From positions 16,869-80,868 of the forward strand of contig JAYGFR010000103.1 of the NCBI GenBank assembly GCA_046581755.1: DNA of 64,000 nt, given 5' to 3'. Positions 1 through 13,004 of the stretch are shown piece by piece. The translations under genes were made by a program, and so were the position numbers. How positions within the stretch are numbered: position 1 is the stretch's first letter; each line of letters starts with the position of its first letter. The notes under the pieces were generated by a model. It saw nothing but the letters and a program-made list of their open reading frames with translations, made no database searches and was not told where the DNA came from. Origin of the DNA: Nitrospinota bacterium (GTDB lineage Bacteria > UBA8248).

Positions 1-396
1 GAATTTCCGCGTGAGGCGCTCGAGCTCAAAAATATTGAGATCGTGGACATCGACGTTGACCCCGCCCTTGCCCCCTCCGAAGGGAATATTCACCAGGGCG
101 GTCTTCCAGGTCATCAGGGCGGCCAGGCCGCCGACCTCGTCCATGTCCACTTCGGGCGAATAGCGGATTCCGCCCTTGAAGGGTCCGCGCGCACCGTTGA
201 ACTGGACGCGGTAGCCCTTGTAGACCGCCAGCGAGCCGTCGTCCCTGCGGACGGGCACCTCCACCCGGATTTCGCGAAAGGGGGTGGAGAGGAGCACGCG
301 CATGTCATCCTCAAGCTCCATCGCCTCGGCGGCGCGGTCAAACTGGGCCTGGGCCGTCTGGCCGATGCTGACGTGTACGTCGGCTCCTTCCTGCAT
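1..396 (-). CDS. gdhA: NAD(P)-dependent glutamate dehydrogenase, N-terminal part (partial; runs off the window edge)
   Basis: Reverse-complement translation from ATG at 394-396 reads [113 protein letters not shown]. This is the typical Glu/Leu/Phe/Val dehydrogenase N-terminus with its GGGKGG motif. It is absent from the ORF track because it has no stop codon inside the window. Confidence 0.8.
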   Translation of the reverse strand, partial: MQEGADVHVSIGQTAQAQFDRAAEAMELEDDMRVLLSTPFREIRVEVPVRRDDGSLAVYKGYRVQFNGARGPFKGGIRYSPEVDMDEVGGLAALMTWKTALVNIPFGGGKGGVNVDVHDLNIFELERLTRKF

Positions 397-505
397 ATCA
401 ACCCTTTCTCATCGATGAGATGAACTTCGGACGGTGGAACCGGGCGAGGGGGCGGGCTTTGCGTTGCCCGCGGGAAGGAGGGGCCAGCCCTCCCCGCCGC
501 GCGTC

Positions 506-742
506 TTAGTGGCCCGAGCATATGCCTCCGCAGCATCCACCGCCGCCCGAGAAGCCGCCGGTATAGGAGGAGCCGGGGTTGTAGGAGGCCTTGGCCGAAC
601 CCACGCCGAACAAAGAAAGTTTTTTGTGAACCTTCCTCGAAGCGCACGCCGGGCATTCGACATCGCCCGCCACATCGGCGGAGGGGACAATTTTCTCGAA
701 ATCCGACTCGCACTCGGCGCATATGAACTCGTACATGGGCAT
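506..742 (-). CDS. FmdB-family zinc-ribbon protein
   Basis: The 78-aa ORF starts MPMYEFICAECESDFEKIV and carries the CxxC...CxxC pattern of the FmdB putative regulatory zinc-ribbon family. Its C-terminus is Gly/Cys-rich. Confidence 0.7.
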   Translation of the reverse strand: MPMYEFICAECESDFEKIVPSADVAGDVECPACASRKVHKKLSLFGVGSAKASYNPGSSYTGGFSGGGGCCGGICSGH

Positions 743-768
743 CTTCGATCTCTCCTGTCTAGAACGGA

Positions 769-1419
769 CTAGCCGGGGCTGGCCGCCTTGTGCCAGTCGG
801 CCAGGAACTTCTCCAGGCCGATATCGGTCAGGGGGTGCTTTAATAGCTGGTGGATGAGCTGGGCCGGAATCGTGGCCACATCCGCGCCCATCTTGGCGGC
901 CTCGAGAAAATGGACCGGGTGCCGAATGCTCGCGACGAGCACCTGGGTGGCGAAATCGTAGTTCTGGAAAATCCGCACCATGTCCCGGACCATCTCCATC
1001 CCCGGCAGGGTGATATCGTCGAGCCGGCCCACGAACGGACTCACGTACGAGGCCCCCGCCTTGGCGGCGAGGACGGCCTGCGAGGGGTTGAATATCAGGG
1101 TGACGTTCGTGTTGATGTTCTCCTCGCGGAGCTTCACGACGGCCCGGAGACCCTCGGCGCCGATGGGCACCTTGACCACCACGTTATCGTGAATCGCCGC
1201 TAGCTCGCGGCCCTCCTCGACCATCGCTTCCCACGCCGTCGCCACCACCTCGGCGCTCACGGGCCCGTCCACGATCTCGCATATCTGGCGAATCCGGGTA
1301 TGGATGTCGGCCCCCTCCTTGGCGATCAGGGAGGGGTTGGTCGTCACCCCGTCCACCACCCCAAGCGAGGCCGCCTCGGCGATGTCCTCCACATTCGCGC
1401 TATCGATAAATATTTTCAT
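769..1419 (-). CDS. tal: fructose-6-phosphate aldolase / short-type transaldolase
   Basis: From [36 protein letters not shown] onward the ORF matches the Fsa/TalC family. The start is taken at MKIF, which is preceded by a GAGAGG ribosome-binding site; the ORF track extends 8 codons further upstream. Confidence 0.85.
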   Translation of the reverse strand: MKIFIDSANVEDIAEAASLGVVDGVTTNPSLIAKEGADIHTRIRQICEIVDGPVSAEVVATAWEAMVEEGRELAAIHDNVVVKVPIGAEGLRAVVKLREENINTNVTLIFNPSQAVLAAKAGASYVSPFVGRLDDITLPGMEMVRDMVRIFQNYDFATQVLVASIRHPVHFLEAAKMGADVATIPAQLIHQLLKHPLTDIGLEKFLADWHKAASPG

Positions 1420-1581
1420 ATCGTCCTCTCGCCTCGCGCTCAATCCCGGCCGGACACCGGCGCGCCAACGTCGGGCGGGTGCGCGGGTGCGGGTGCGGGC
1501 GATTCGGCCATAGTCTCTAAAAGGTTACGTGAGGCGCATCAAAACTTCAAATAGGAATACCTCTTCACCGCCCCCTCCGCC

Positions 1582-1878
1582 CTAGCCCTCACCCTCGCTC
1601 TCACTCTCCCCCTCGCTGGGTGGGCCCCCGCGCAGGGAAAATTTTCCGGCGCATTCCTCGCCGCAGAACCGGAAACGCTCCCGGCGCACCCGGCGGGTCA
1701 AGCCGATTCCGGAGGGAAAGTAGGTCTCGCATTCGGGGCAAACGATCATCTCATCGTCGAGCGCCTCCACGGCACCGCCCCGAGCGCCGCCCATTCGCCT
1801 CGAAATGCCGCTGAACAACCCTTTCAGGGCATAAATAATCACGTAAAAAATAACGGCGTAAATAAGGATGCGAATCAT
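1582..1878 (-). CDS. small membrane-anchored zinc-ribbon protein (hypothetical)
   Basis: The 98-aa ORF has a hydrophobic N-terminus (IRILIYAVIFYVIIYAL) followed by CPEC...CGEEC cysteine pairs. Confidence 0.4.
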   Translation of the reverse strand: MIRILIYAVIFYVIIYALKGLFSGISRRMGGARGGAVEALDDEMIVCPECETYFPSGIGLTRRVRRERFRFCGEECAGKFSLRGGPPSEGESESEGEG

Positions 1879-1941
1879 CTACACTGCCTCTTTGATGCGA
1901 AACGGGGGGAGTAGCCCCCATTTTCCCCCGGGGAGGTTTTC

Positions 1942-2688
1942 ATGCCGCACGATCGGCCCTGGTACGAAACCGGATTCGACGCCGACTATCCTCTCATGCA
2001 GACCTTCGAGGAGGCGAAGACGGAGATCCAGGCCACCTCGGCGGAATGGCTTTTGAACCTGAACCCGCGCGCCCGGATTCTCGACCTTTGCTGCGGCTAC
2101 GGCCGCCACAGCCAGGCCTGGAGCCGGGCCGGACACCGCCCGGTGGGCCTCGACCTGAGCGCCGACCTGCTGGACATGGCCCGCGAAAGGCATCCCGAAG
2201 GCATCTGGGTCCGGGGCGATGCCCGCCGCCTGCCCTTCGCGAGGGCCGCCTTCGATGCGGCGACCTTCATGTTCGTCTCCTTCGGTTACTTCGCCGCCGC
2301 GGCCGAGGATCTCGAAGCCCTCCGCGAGGCCAGGCGCGTCCTCCGCCCGGGAGGGAGCCTCTACCTCGACATCAAGCTTCCCTCCTCCCTCCGGGCCAAC
2401 CTGCCCCCCGACGCCGCCTTCACCATCGGCGGGGCGGACGTCACCGAGACCAGCCGCATTGTACAGACTCCCGAGGGAGAGCGGTATGAGATCCGGCGGA
2501 CCCTCCGCCGCCCCGGCGGGAGGGAGCGGCGGTTTTTCTACTCGGTGCGCCTGTATGAGCCCGAAGCGCTGGGCGCCCAGCTCCAGGAAGCGGGTTTTGG
2601 GGATATTCACCTCTACGGGGACTACGACGCCACCCCCCTCGCGCCGGACCTCCCCCGCCTCGTCGCCACCGCGAAAAACCCGGCCTGA
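1942..2688 (+). CDS. class I SAM-dependent methyltransferase
   Basis: Motif I is present as ILDLCCGYGRHS, followed by an acidic loop (GLDLSADLL) and a post-I region (VRGDARRLPF). Confidence 0.8.
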   Translation: MPHDRPWYETGFDADYPLMQTFEEAKTEIQATSAEWLLNLNPRARILDLCCGYGRHSQAWSRAGHRPVGLDLSADLLDMARERHPEGIWVRGDARRLPFARAAFDAATFMFVSFGYFAAAAEDLEALREARRVLRPGGSLYLDIKLPSSLRANLPPDAAFTIGGADVTETSRIVQTPEGERYEIRRTLRRPGGRERRFFYSVRLYEPEALGAQLQEAGFGDIHLYGDYDATPLAPDLPRLVATAKNPA

Positions 2689-2695
2689 GCCCCGC

Positions 2696-3171
2696 CTACC
2701 GGTAGTATATCCCCGCGTGGCGGATCCATCCGCCCGCCTTGCGGCCCGCCGGATCGCGGTGGGTCCAGTGGACCACGCCCCCCCGGGGGTTCCACTCGTA
2801 GCGGCCCAAGACCTCGGCCTCGTCCCCGATTCGAACCGGAACGCGGGGGGCCAGGCCGATGTTGTGGCTGATGAGCAGGGTCTGCCCGTCTGTCAAACGG
2901 AGGATGAAGCGCTGATGCCGCCTTCCCTCCCGATCGTCCCGGAGAATGCGCACCACCTCCCCCTTTGCCCGGAGCCATACGCCCGAGCGCTCCCCCTCGA
3001 AGGCCCGCCGGGCGGCGGATTCCGCCGGGGCAACCGCTCCGGCCCCAGCCGGACCCATTCGAGGCGCGGCAACCGCCCCCGGGGGGAGGGTCCAGCCGAG
3101 CCCAAGCAACGCCACCGCCAGCAACGCCGCGGCGAATTCGGACGGGAGGGTTTTCAGGAAATTCCGGGGCA

Positions 3172-3172
<1 letters not shown>
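2696..3172 (-). CDS. DUF3465-family secreted protein
   Basis: The sequence starts MPRNFLKTLPSEFAAALLAVALLGLG, which looks like a signal peptide. It continues HQRFILRLTDGQTLLISHNIGLAPRV...YEWNPRGGVVHWTHRDP. The ORF-track start lies further upstream; MPRNF is taken as the start and overlaps the carB stop codon. Confidence 0.6.
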
Positions 3173-6423
<3,251 letters not shown>

Positions 6424-6480
6424 TGCCTGAATTTCCGCCTCTAAGGTTGATTCCCTAAGGTCGATTCCCGCCCGGGCGAA

Positions 6481-7233
6481 TCATTCCAGGATGATTCCAG
6501 CGCGTGCGGCGCCGGCCCCCGGGCTGATGACCTCGGCCAGCACCGCCACCGACGCGTAAACGGCCAGCGCCTTGCCGATGAAGAGCCGCCGCGCCACCGG
6601 GCCGAAATGGCGGCTGTCCAAGACGTCCTCGCGGTTGTCGCCCATCATGAAATAGGCCCCCCGCCCCAGCGCGATCGGGCCGAAATCCTCGGTCCTGCCC
6701 CGCCCCCGGAATTTTCCGGGAAGCGGCAGGCCGTTCACGAAAATCCTCCCGCCCCGGGCCTCGATCCGCTCGCCGGGAAGGCCCACCACCCGCTCGATAT
6801 ACGTCGCCCGTTCGGCGCCCGGCCTCCGGAAGACGGCGATCTCGCCCCGCGCGATCCCGAGATGGCGGTAGCGCTCCCGGTCCACGATGATGTGATCGCC
6901 CTCCTCGAGCCGGGGCTCCATCGAAGCCGTCGCGATGCGCAGGATGCGCCCGGCGAAGATGCCGCTGTCCTCCCGGCCCGCCTCCTCCCATCGCGCGTTC
7001 GCCTCCTTCCGCTCCCCTCCCATGTAGAGGGCCAGCCCGAGCCGGTAGAGGGAGTCCGCCCGGTAGGGCGGCAGGGCCCCGAGCATCTCCCGGTAGAAGC
7101 GCGCCGCCTCCCGGTAGCGCCCCGCCAGGAAAAGCGACTGCCCCCGCCCCAGATCCCCGGCCGGTGCGCCCGATGCCGTGAGCGAGAGCGCCAGCGAAAC
7201 GGCGGCCACGGTTCGGGGGATTCCGGACGGCAT
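6481..7233 (-). CDS. signal peptidase I (S26)-like protein with N-terminal signal peptide and TPR segment
   Basis: Start is taken at MPSGIPRTVAAVSLALSLTASGAPAG, which looks like a signal peptide. A TPR-like stretch (RYREAARFYREMLG...LYRLGLALYMGG) follows. SPase I boxes SMEPRL and YFMMGDNREDVLDSRHFGPV are present. Box D reads TYIERVVGLPGE, that is, Glu where the general-base Lys is expected. Confidence 0.7.
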   Translation of the reverse strand: MPSGIPRTVAAVSLALSLTASGAPAGDLGRGQSLFLAGRYREAARFYREMLGALPPYRADSLYRLGLALYMGGERKEANARWEEAGREDSGIFAGRILRIATASMEPRLEEGDHIIVDRERYRHLGIARGEIAVFRRPGAERATYIERVVGLPGERIEARGGRIFVNGLPLPGKFRGRGRTEDFGPIALGRGAYFMMGDNREDVLDSRHFGPVARRLFIGKALAVYASVAVLAEVISPGAGAARAGIILE

Positions 7234-7259
7234 GATCGCCACCGGGTTTCTCTCCACCC

Positions 7260-8483
7260 TCAGCCCGCCACCAACCCTTCGGCCAGGGCGAATTCCTTCC
7301 GGGCGATATGCCGCCGGAGCGAGAAAAGAATCGCCAGATTGATCAACCCGGCCAGCGCCGCGTTCGCGAACGAAACCGTGTAGTCGCCCGTCCAGTCGAA
7401 AAAGAGACCGGCCTGATAGCCGCCCAGCCCCATGCCCACCCACGCGCAGAAAAAGACAAACCCCGTCGAAACGCCCCTCCTTTGCATCGGGACAAATTCC
7501 CGCACGCAGATCACCAGGCAGATCATCACGCCGCTGTATAGGAGCCCGTAAAGAAAGGCGAGGACATAGAAGCCGCCCAGCGAGGCGACCTGGGTGAACC
7601 AGAACACCAAGACGCTCTGGGCCATGGAGGCCAGGATGTAGGTGCGGAGGCCGCCGATATGATCGGCGATTCTTCCGTAGACGATCCGCCCGAGAAAACT
7701 GCCCACCGAGAGCAGGAGGAGAATCCCCGCCGCCTCTTGCGGCCCGATCCCCCGGTCCAGGGCCAGCGGCACCACGTGGATCAGCGGGGTGGCCATGCAC
7801 AAGCAGCAAAATATCGCCGCCGCCCCCAGCCAGGCGGTCGTGACCCAGGGCGCAACCGGATAGGACTCCCCGGGAGCCGAGGGCGCATCCTGACCGGAGG
7901 AAGAGGGGGCACCTTCGCGGGAGGGCGCCTTCCGGACCAGCAGGGCCAGCGGGACCAGCACCGCCAGCGCGAAGATTCCGAGCCACGCGTAGGCCCCGCG
8001 CCAGCCGAAATTGGATATCAGATAGCCCGCGGCGAAGGGGACCACCCCGTTTCCAAGCCCCCCCCAGGCCGAAGCGATCCCCAGCGCCAGCCCCTTGTTG
8101 GGGCCGAACCAGTTTCCCACGCTGGCCATCAGCGGCGCCTGAAACGAGGAAATCCCCAGGCCCGCCAGGGCATAGAAAAGATAGAACTGCCAGAGAGCGC
8201 CCTGGCGCGAGAGAAGAAAGTAGGAAACCCCCAGAAGCGCCGCCCCGGCCAGCACCACCGGGCGCGCCGAATAGCGGTCCGAGAGATGGCCCGCCAGGAT
8301 GCCGCCGCCCCCGAGGACGAGCGCCGCGCCCATGTAGGCGAACGAGGTCTCCCCCCGGAGCCAGCCCATGCCGGCCGAGAGCGGCTTCATGAACACCGCC
8401 AGCGAGGACATCGAGCCCACCGCCATCGCCATGAACGTCCCCGCTACCGCCACCATCACCCAGCCGTAGCGGGGTTCCGTCAT
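7260..8483 (-). CDS. MFS transporter
   Basis: The 12-TM-type sequence starts MTEPRYGWVMVAVAGTFMAMAVGSMSSLAVFMKPLSAGMGW. The ORF-track start at 8537 adds 18 codons that overlap the DUF559 remnant. Confidence 0.8.
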   Translation of the reverse strand: MTEPRYGWVMVAVAGTFMAMAVGSMSSLAVFMKPLSAGMGWLRGETSFAYMGAALVLGGGGILAGHLSDRYSARPVVLAGAALLGVSYFLLSRQGALWQFYLFYALAGLGISSFQAPLMASVGNWFGPNKGLALGIASAWGGLGNGVVPFAAGYLISNFGWRGAYAWLGIFALAVLVPLALLVRKAPSREGAPSSSGQDAPSAPGESYPVAPWVTTAWLGAAAIFCCLCMATPLIHVVPLALDRGIGPQEAAGILLLLSVGSFLGRIVYGRIADHIGGLRTYILASMAQSVLVFWFTQVASLGGFYVLAFLYGLLYSGVMICLVICVREFVPMQRRGVSTGFVFFCAWVGMGLGGYQAGLFFDWTGDYTVSFANAALAGLINLAILFSLRRHIARKEFALAEGLVAG

Positions 8484-8518
8484 CTCCGCGGTCGATTGAT
8501 TCAAGATATCACCCGGTA

Positions 8519-8880
8519 ATTCAAACCTTCTCTCCATCTTCGAGCGCGCCGTCTCCGAGCGCCGCCCGGATGGACTCCACCACGCCCTCGATATTTTTCA
8601 TCAAATCCCCGTTCCAGAAGCGCACCACCCTAATCCCTCTCCCGCCAGCGCGCGGCTTCGCTCCGCGTCGTATTCGGCCTGATCGCTCCCGGCGTGCCCG
8701 CCTCCGTCAAGCTCCACCGCCAGCCGCGCCTCGTGGCAATAAAAATCCAGGATGAACGGCCACGCCGGATGCTGACGGCAGAATTTCACGCCCAGCCCGC
8801 TGTCCCGGAGGACTCGCCACAGCTTCCGCTCCGCCTCGGTGGACTCTTTGCGAAGCTCCCGGGCCGGGCCTTCCTCTTTT
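8519..8880 (-). pseudogene. DUF559 endonuclease-domain gene remnant (frameshifted, no start codon)
   Basis: Two frames together read ...ESTEAERKLWRVLRDSGLGVKFCRQHPAWPFILDFYCHEARLAVELDGGGHAGSDQAEYDAERSRALAGEG / IRVVRFWNGDLMKNIEGVVESIRAALGDGALEDGEKV. A one-nucleotide frame change lies at about 8620-8630, and no start codon precedes the conserved N-terminal region. Confidence 0.6.
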
Positions 8881-8926
8881 CATCCAAGGGCGGTTTCGCC
8901 ATGGTTGATCCACCTTCCCTACTTAT

Positions 8927-9120
8927 TCCCTCACCCCAACCCTCTCCCGGAGGGAGAGGGAGTTAAAAACCTCGTGTTCGATGCCTTACTTTCAATCTGG
9001 AATTAACCAATTCCTCAAAATCTGAATCCCGATCAATCTCCAATTGCACCTCAACGACATTCGCCCTAAAGCCTTTGCCCTTAGTCCCCTCTCCCTCCGG
9101 GAGAGGGTTAGAGTGAGGGA
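8927..9120. repeat. MITE-like pair of inverted ~35-bp palindromic repeats flanking ~120 bp
   Basis: Position 8927-8962 reads tccctcaccccaaccctctcccggagggagagggag. The reverse complement of 9086-9120 is tccctcactctaaccctctcccggagggagagggg. Each copy contains the internal palindrome ccctctccc-NNN-gggagaggg. Confidence 0.5.
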
Positions 9121-9129
9121 GATTTCGAT

Positions 9130-9336
9130 CTACCCCGCCAAAATCCGCTTCGTGCTCGGAAGCGACATCACCAGCGCCGCCGCCATCGTCCACCAGCCCG
9201 CCGCCGTCCAATCGCCCCCCGCGTAGCCCGCGATCAACAACCCGATCCCCACCCCGCCCAGAAACTTTGCGAAAACGTGCGCCATCAGAAGCGGCGCCGG
9301 CAGATTTCGGAATCTTTGTATCCATGAGGAGAGCAT
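9130..9336 (-). CDS. small hypothetical membrane protein
   Basis: This 68-aa ORF has a hydrophobic Gly/Ala/Trp-rich core (FLGGVGIGLLIAGYAGGDWTAAGWWTMAAALV). There is no family-level recognition. Confidence 0.3.
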   Translation of the reverse strand: MLSSWIQRFRNLPAPLLMAHVFAKFLGGVGIGLLIAGYAGGDWTAAGWWTMAAALVMSLPSTKRILAG

Positions 9337-9530
9337 TAAGGGTTTCCTTGGGGGCGGGTCTTTTTCGTTATTCCGAGCGCTAGCGAGAAATCTTCGAGGA
9401 GGAAAGTTTGCGGGACACCGCCCCAGAAGATTCTTCCCTCCGCTCCGCTGAGTTCAGAATGACGCAATAACTTCTACCGATTTTCCAAACTGAGATACAG
9501 CCAATTTCAATCGCCTATAATCACCATTTT

Positions 9531-9794
9531 TCAAACCAAACGACCGAGAATTTTTCGAACAGGCCTTACAAAAATCGCATTGTGCAATTTACTTATCCGC
9601 CTATTCGTAATGTCAAAATGGTGTCCCGTTCGAATATCTCTCCACATTCCAGAATAATTTGGAGTCAACACAACTTCATGGGTCAAAATATTAAAAAGAG
9701 AAAAATGAACCTTGATTTCATTTTGGGACCCTGACCATTCTGAAACTATTAAGTGCCCAGTTGTTTGCCTCATAATTTTGGAATCTTCTCTCAA
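9531..9794 (-). CDS. hypothetical small protein in the AT-rich islet (possible partner of the HNH protein)
   Basis: The 80-87 aa ORF lies immediately downstream of the HNH ORF in a different frame. It has low GC, and ATG or TTG starts are both possible. Confidence 0.35.
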   Translation of the reverse strand: MREDSKIMRQTTGHLIVSEWSGSQNEIKVHFSLFNILTHEVVLTPNYSGMWRDIRTGHHFDITNRRISKLHNAIFVRPVRKILGRLV

Positions 9795-9808
9795 GATGGG
9801 GTCTTGGC

Positions 9809-10519
9809 TTACCCTGAAAAATTTATAGTCCGGTGGGTTCCATAACGCACGAACCTTCGAATTGAATCAAAATTTTCACTGAGAACAAAATCCGAACCAG
9901 CAATTTTAGCAAGGTAGTTTAAGGCTATTTTTGAGACCGCCCTTTGAATTACACGATCAACGACGTATTCCCCTTCAATTTCTATTTGCCCTGAATTACT
10001 TGGTTGTGGAAATACTTCATTTTTCTCTTTAAAAGAAATCCCTTTGCGCCACAGAAGGCGAATTAGCCGTGGGACGTCCAAATCAGGAATTAATAGAATG
10101 CCTTTTTGAAGACTAATTCCATCAGGAAGGCTTCTCGCTTCATACAACTCAGGCTCTGCCATAAACTTCCATCCAACTTGTTGAGCTTTAGCAAATCCAA
10201 CTTGTGGTATTGGGGCATATGCCAATTTCCCTTCTTCGACTTTTACTCCCAACAACAATCCAATATATTCACAGTTATCTGCCAATCTCATGACTAACCT
10301 ATTGCCAATAAAGTCTGAGACCATTGATTTAACATCTTTCAACCCATATTCACTTCTTTGCAGTCCCTCAAAACTGTCCCTAGCCAAATAGGAGTCATGG
10401 TATTTTCCGAAAAATTCATTGCATTCATCACAAACACAATGAAGAATTAAATTGTCAGGCGCGAATCTACCAAACGACTGAGGAATTACATGCTCTCGTT
10501 TTGTGAATTCTCTCGACAC
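9809..10519 (-). CDS. HNH endonuclease-domain protein with a ~190-aa uncharacterised C-terminal region
   Basis: The N-terminus reads REHVIPQSFGRFAPDNLILHCVCDECNEFFGKYH, which fits the HNH pattern EH-x-IP...N-L...C-x2-CN. Local GC is about 35-40%, against about 68% in the flanks. Confidence 0.6.
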   Translation of the reverse strand: MSREFTKREHVIPQSFGRFAPDNLILHCVCDECNEFFGKYHDSYLARDSFEGLQRSEYGLKDVKSMVSDFIGNRLVMRLADNCEYIGLLLGVKVEEGKLAYAPIPQVGFAKAQQVGWKFMAEPELYEARSLPDGISLQKGILLIPDLDVPRLIRLLWRKGISFKEKNEVFPQPSNSGQIEIEGEYVVDRVIQRAVSKIALNYLAKIAGSDFVLSENFDSIRRFVRYGTHRTINFSG

Positions 10520-10563
10520 TTCCTTCTCTTCAAGACAATAAATTCACTTCCGCGTCTCCACCC

Positions 10564-11660
<1,097 letters not shown>

Positions 11661-11664
<4 letters not shown>

Positions 11665-13004
11665 CGCGCATCTCCCGAATGAGCGCCCTCGCCCGCGGCG
11701 ATGGTCATCTCGCCCCGGTTGTCGTTCATGCTGTTCATAACGATCTTGCCGCCAACGACCGTGGCGGCGGCGCAGCCCTTGAGCTTCCAGCCCCCGAAGG
11801 GGGTGTTCCGCCCCCGGCTCTCGAATCGCTCGGGGCGGACCTCGCTCATCCGCTCCGGGTCGAGGAGGGTGACGTCCCCTGGAGATCCCTCCGTGAGCGT
11901 TCCGCCCGGGACGCCGAGAATCCGCGCGGGGCCCTCGGTAAATTTGGCGATCATCTCGGCCAGGGAGAGGATGCCGCCGTGGACGAGGCGGTCGATGGCC
12001 AGGGGCACGGCGGTCTCGAGCCCCACGATCCCGAAGGGCACGGCGTCGAACTCGACCTGGAGCTCGGCCTCGTAATGGGGGGCGTGGTCCGAGGCGATGG
12101 CGTCCACCGTGCCGTCCCGGAGGGCGGCGATGAGGGCCAGGCGGTCGGTCTCCGAGCGCAGGGGCGGGGCCATCTTGGCCGCCGAATTGAAGCCGTAAAT
12201 GGCCTCGTCGGTGAGGGTGAAATGATGAGGTGTTACCTCACATGTTACTTTCAACCCGTTATTTTTGGCCGTTCTGATAAGATCGATCGCGCCGCCCGAT
12301 GTGGTGTGCAAAATATGGAGCCGGGACCGGGTGAGCGCGGCGAGGCGGATGTCCCGGAAGACGCAGATGTCCTCGCTCGCGGCGGGGTTCGCCTCCAGGC
12401 CCAGCGAGGTCGAGACGGCCCCCTCGTTCATGACCCGGCCCCTGGAGAGGGACATGTCCTCGGCGTGGTCGAGGACGGCGGCCCCGAGCATTCCCGCGTA
12501 TTCGAGGGCCGAGCGCATGAGCTGGGCCGTGCGCACGGGGACTCCATCGTCGCTGAAGGCGACGCAGCCCGCCGCCCGTTGGTCGGCCATCTCGGCCAGG
12601 CGCTCCCCCTCGAGCCCGGCTGAGACCGCCCCGATCGGGTAGACCCGGCAGGCGGCCGTCTCGCGGGCGCGTTTCAGGATGCGCTCGGTGATCGAGCTCG
12701 TGTCGTTGACGGGGTCGGTGTTCGCCATGCAGGCCAACGCCGTGAAGCCGCCCGCCGCCGCCGCGCGCGTTCCGCTCTCGATATCTTCCTTGTATTCCTC
12801 GCCGGGCTCGCGCAGGTGGACGTGCATGTCGATAAAACCGGGCGCGGCCACGAGGCCCGCCGCATCGAGCACCTCATCGCCCTCGCGCGGGGGGATGTCC
12901 CGCCCCACCCGGGCGATGAGCCCCCCCTCGATCAGGATGTCGAGGGCGCCATCGACGCCCGCCGCCGGGTCGACGAGGCGCGCTCCCTTAATGAGCAACG
13001 GCAT
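11661..13004 (-). CDS. pyrC: dihydroorotase
   Basis: The ORF starts MPLLIKGARLVDPAAGVDGALDILIEGGLIARVG and contains GFIDMHVHLREPG. It is an amidohydrolase-fold protein of 447 aa. Confidence 0.9.
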
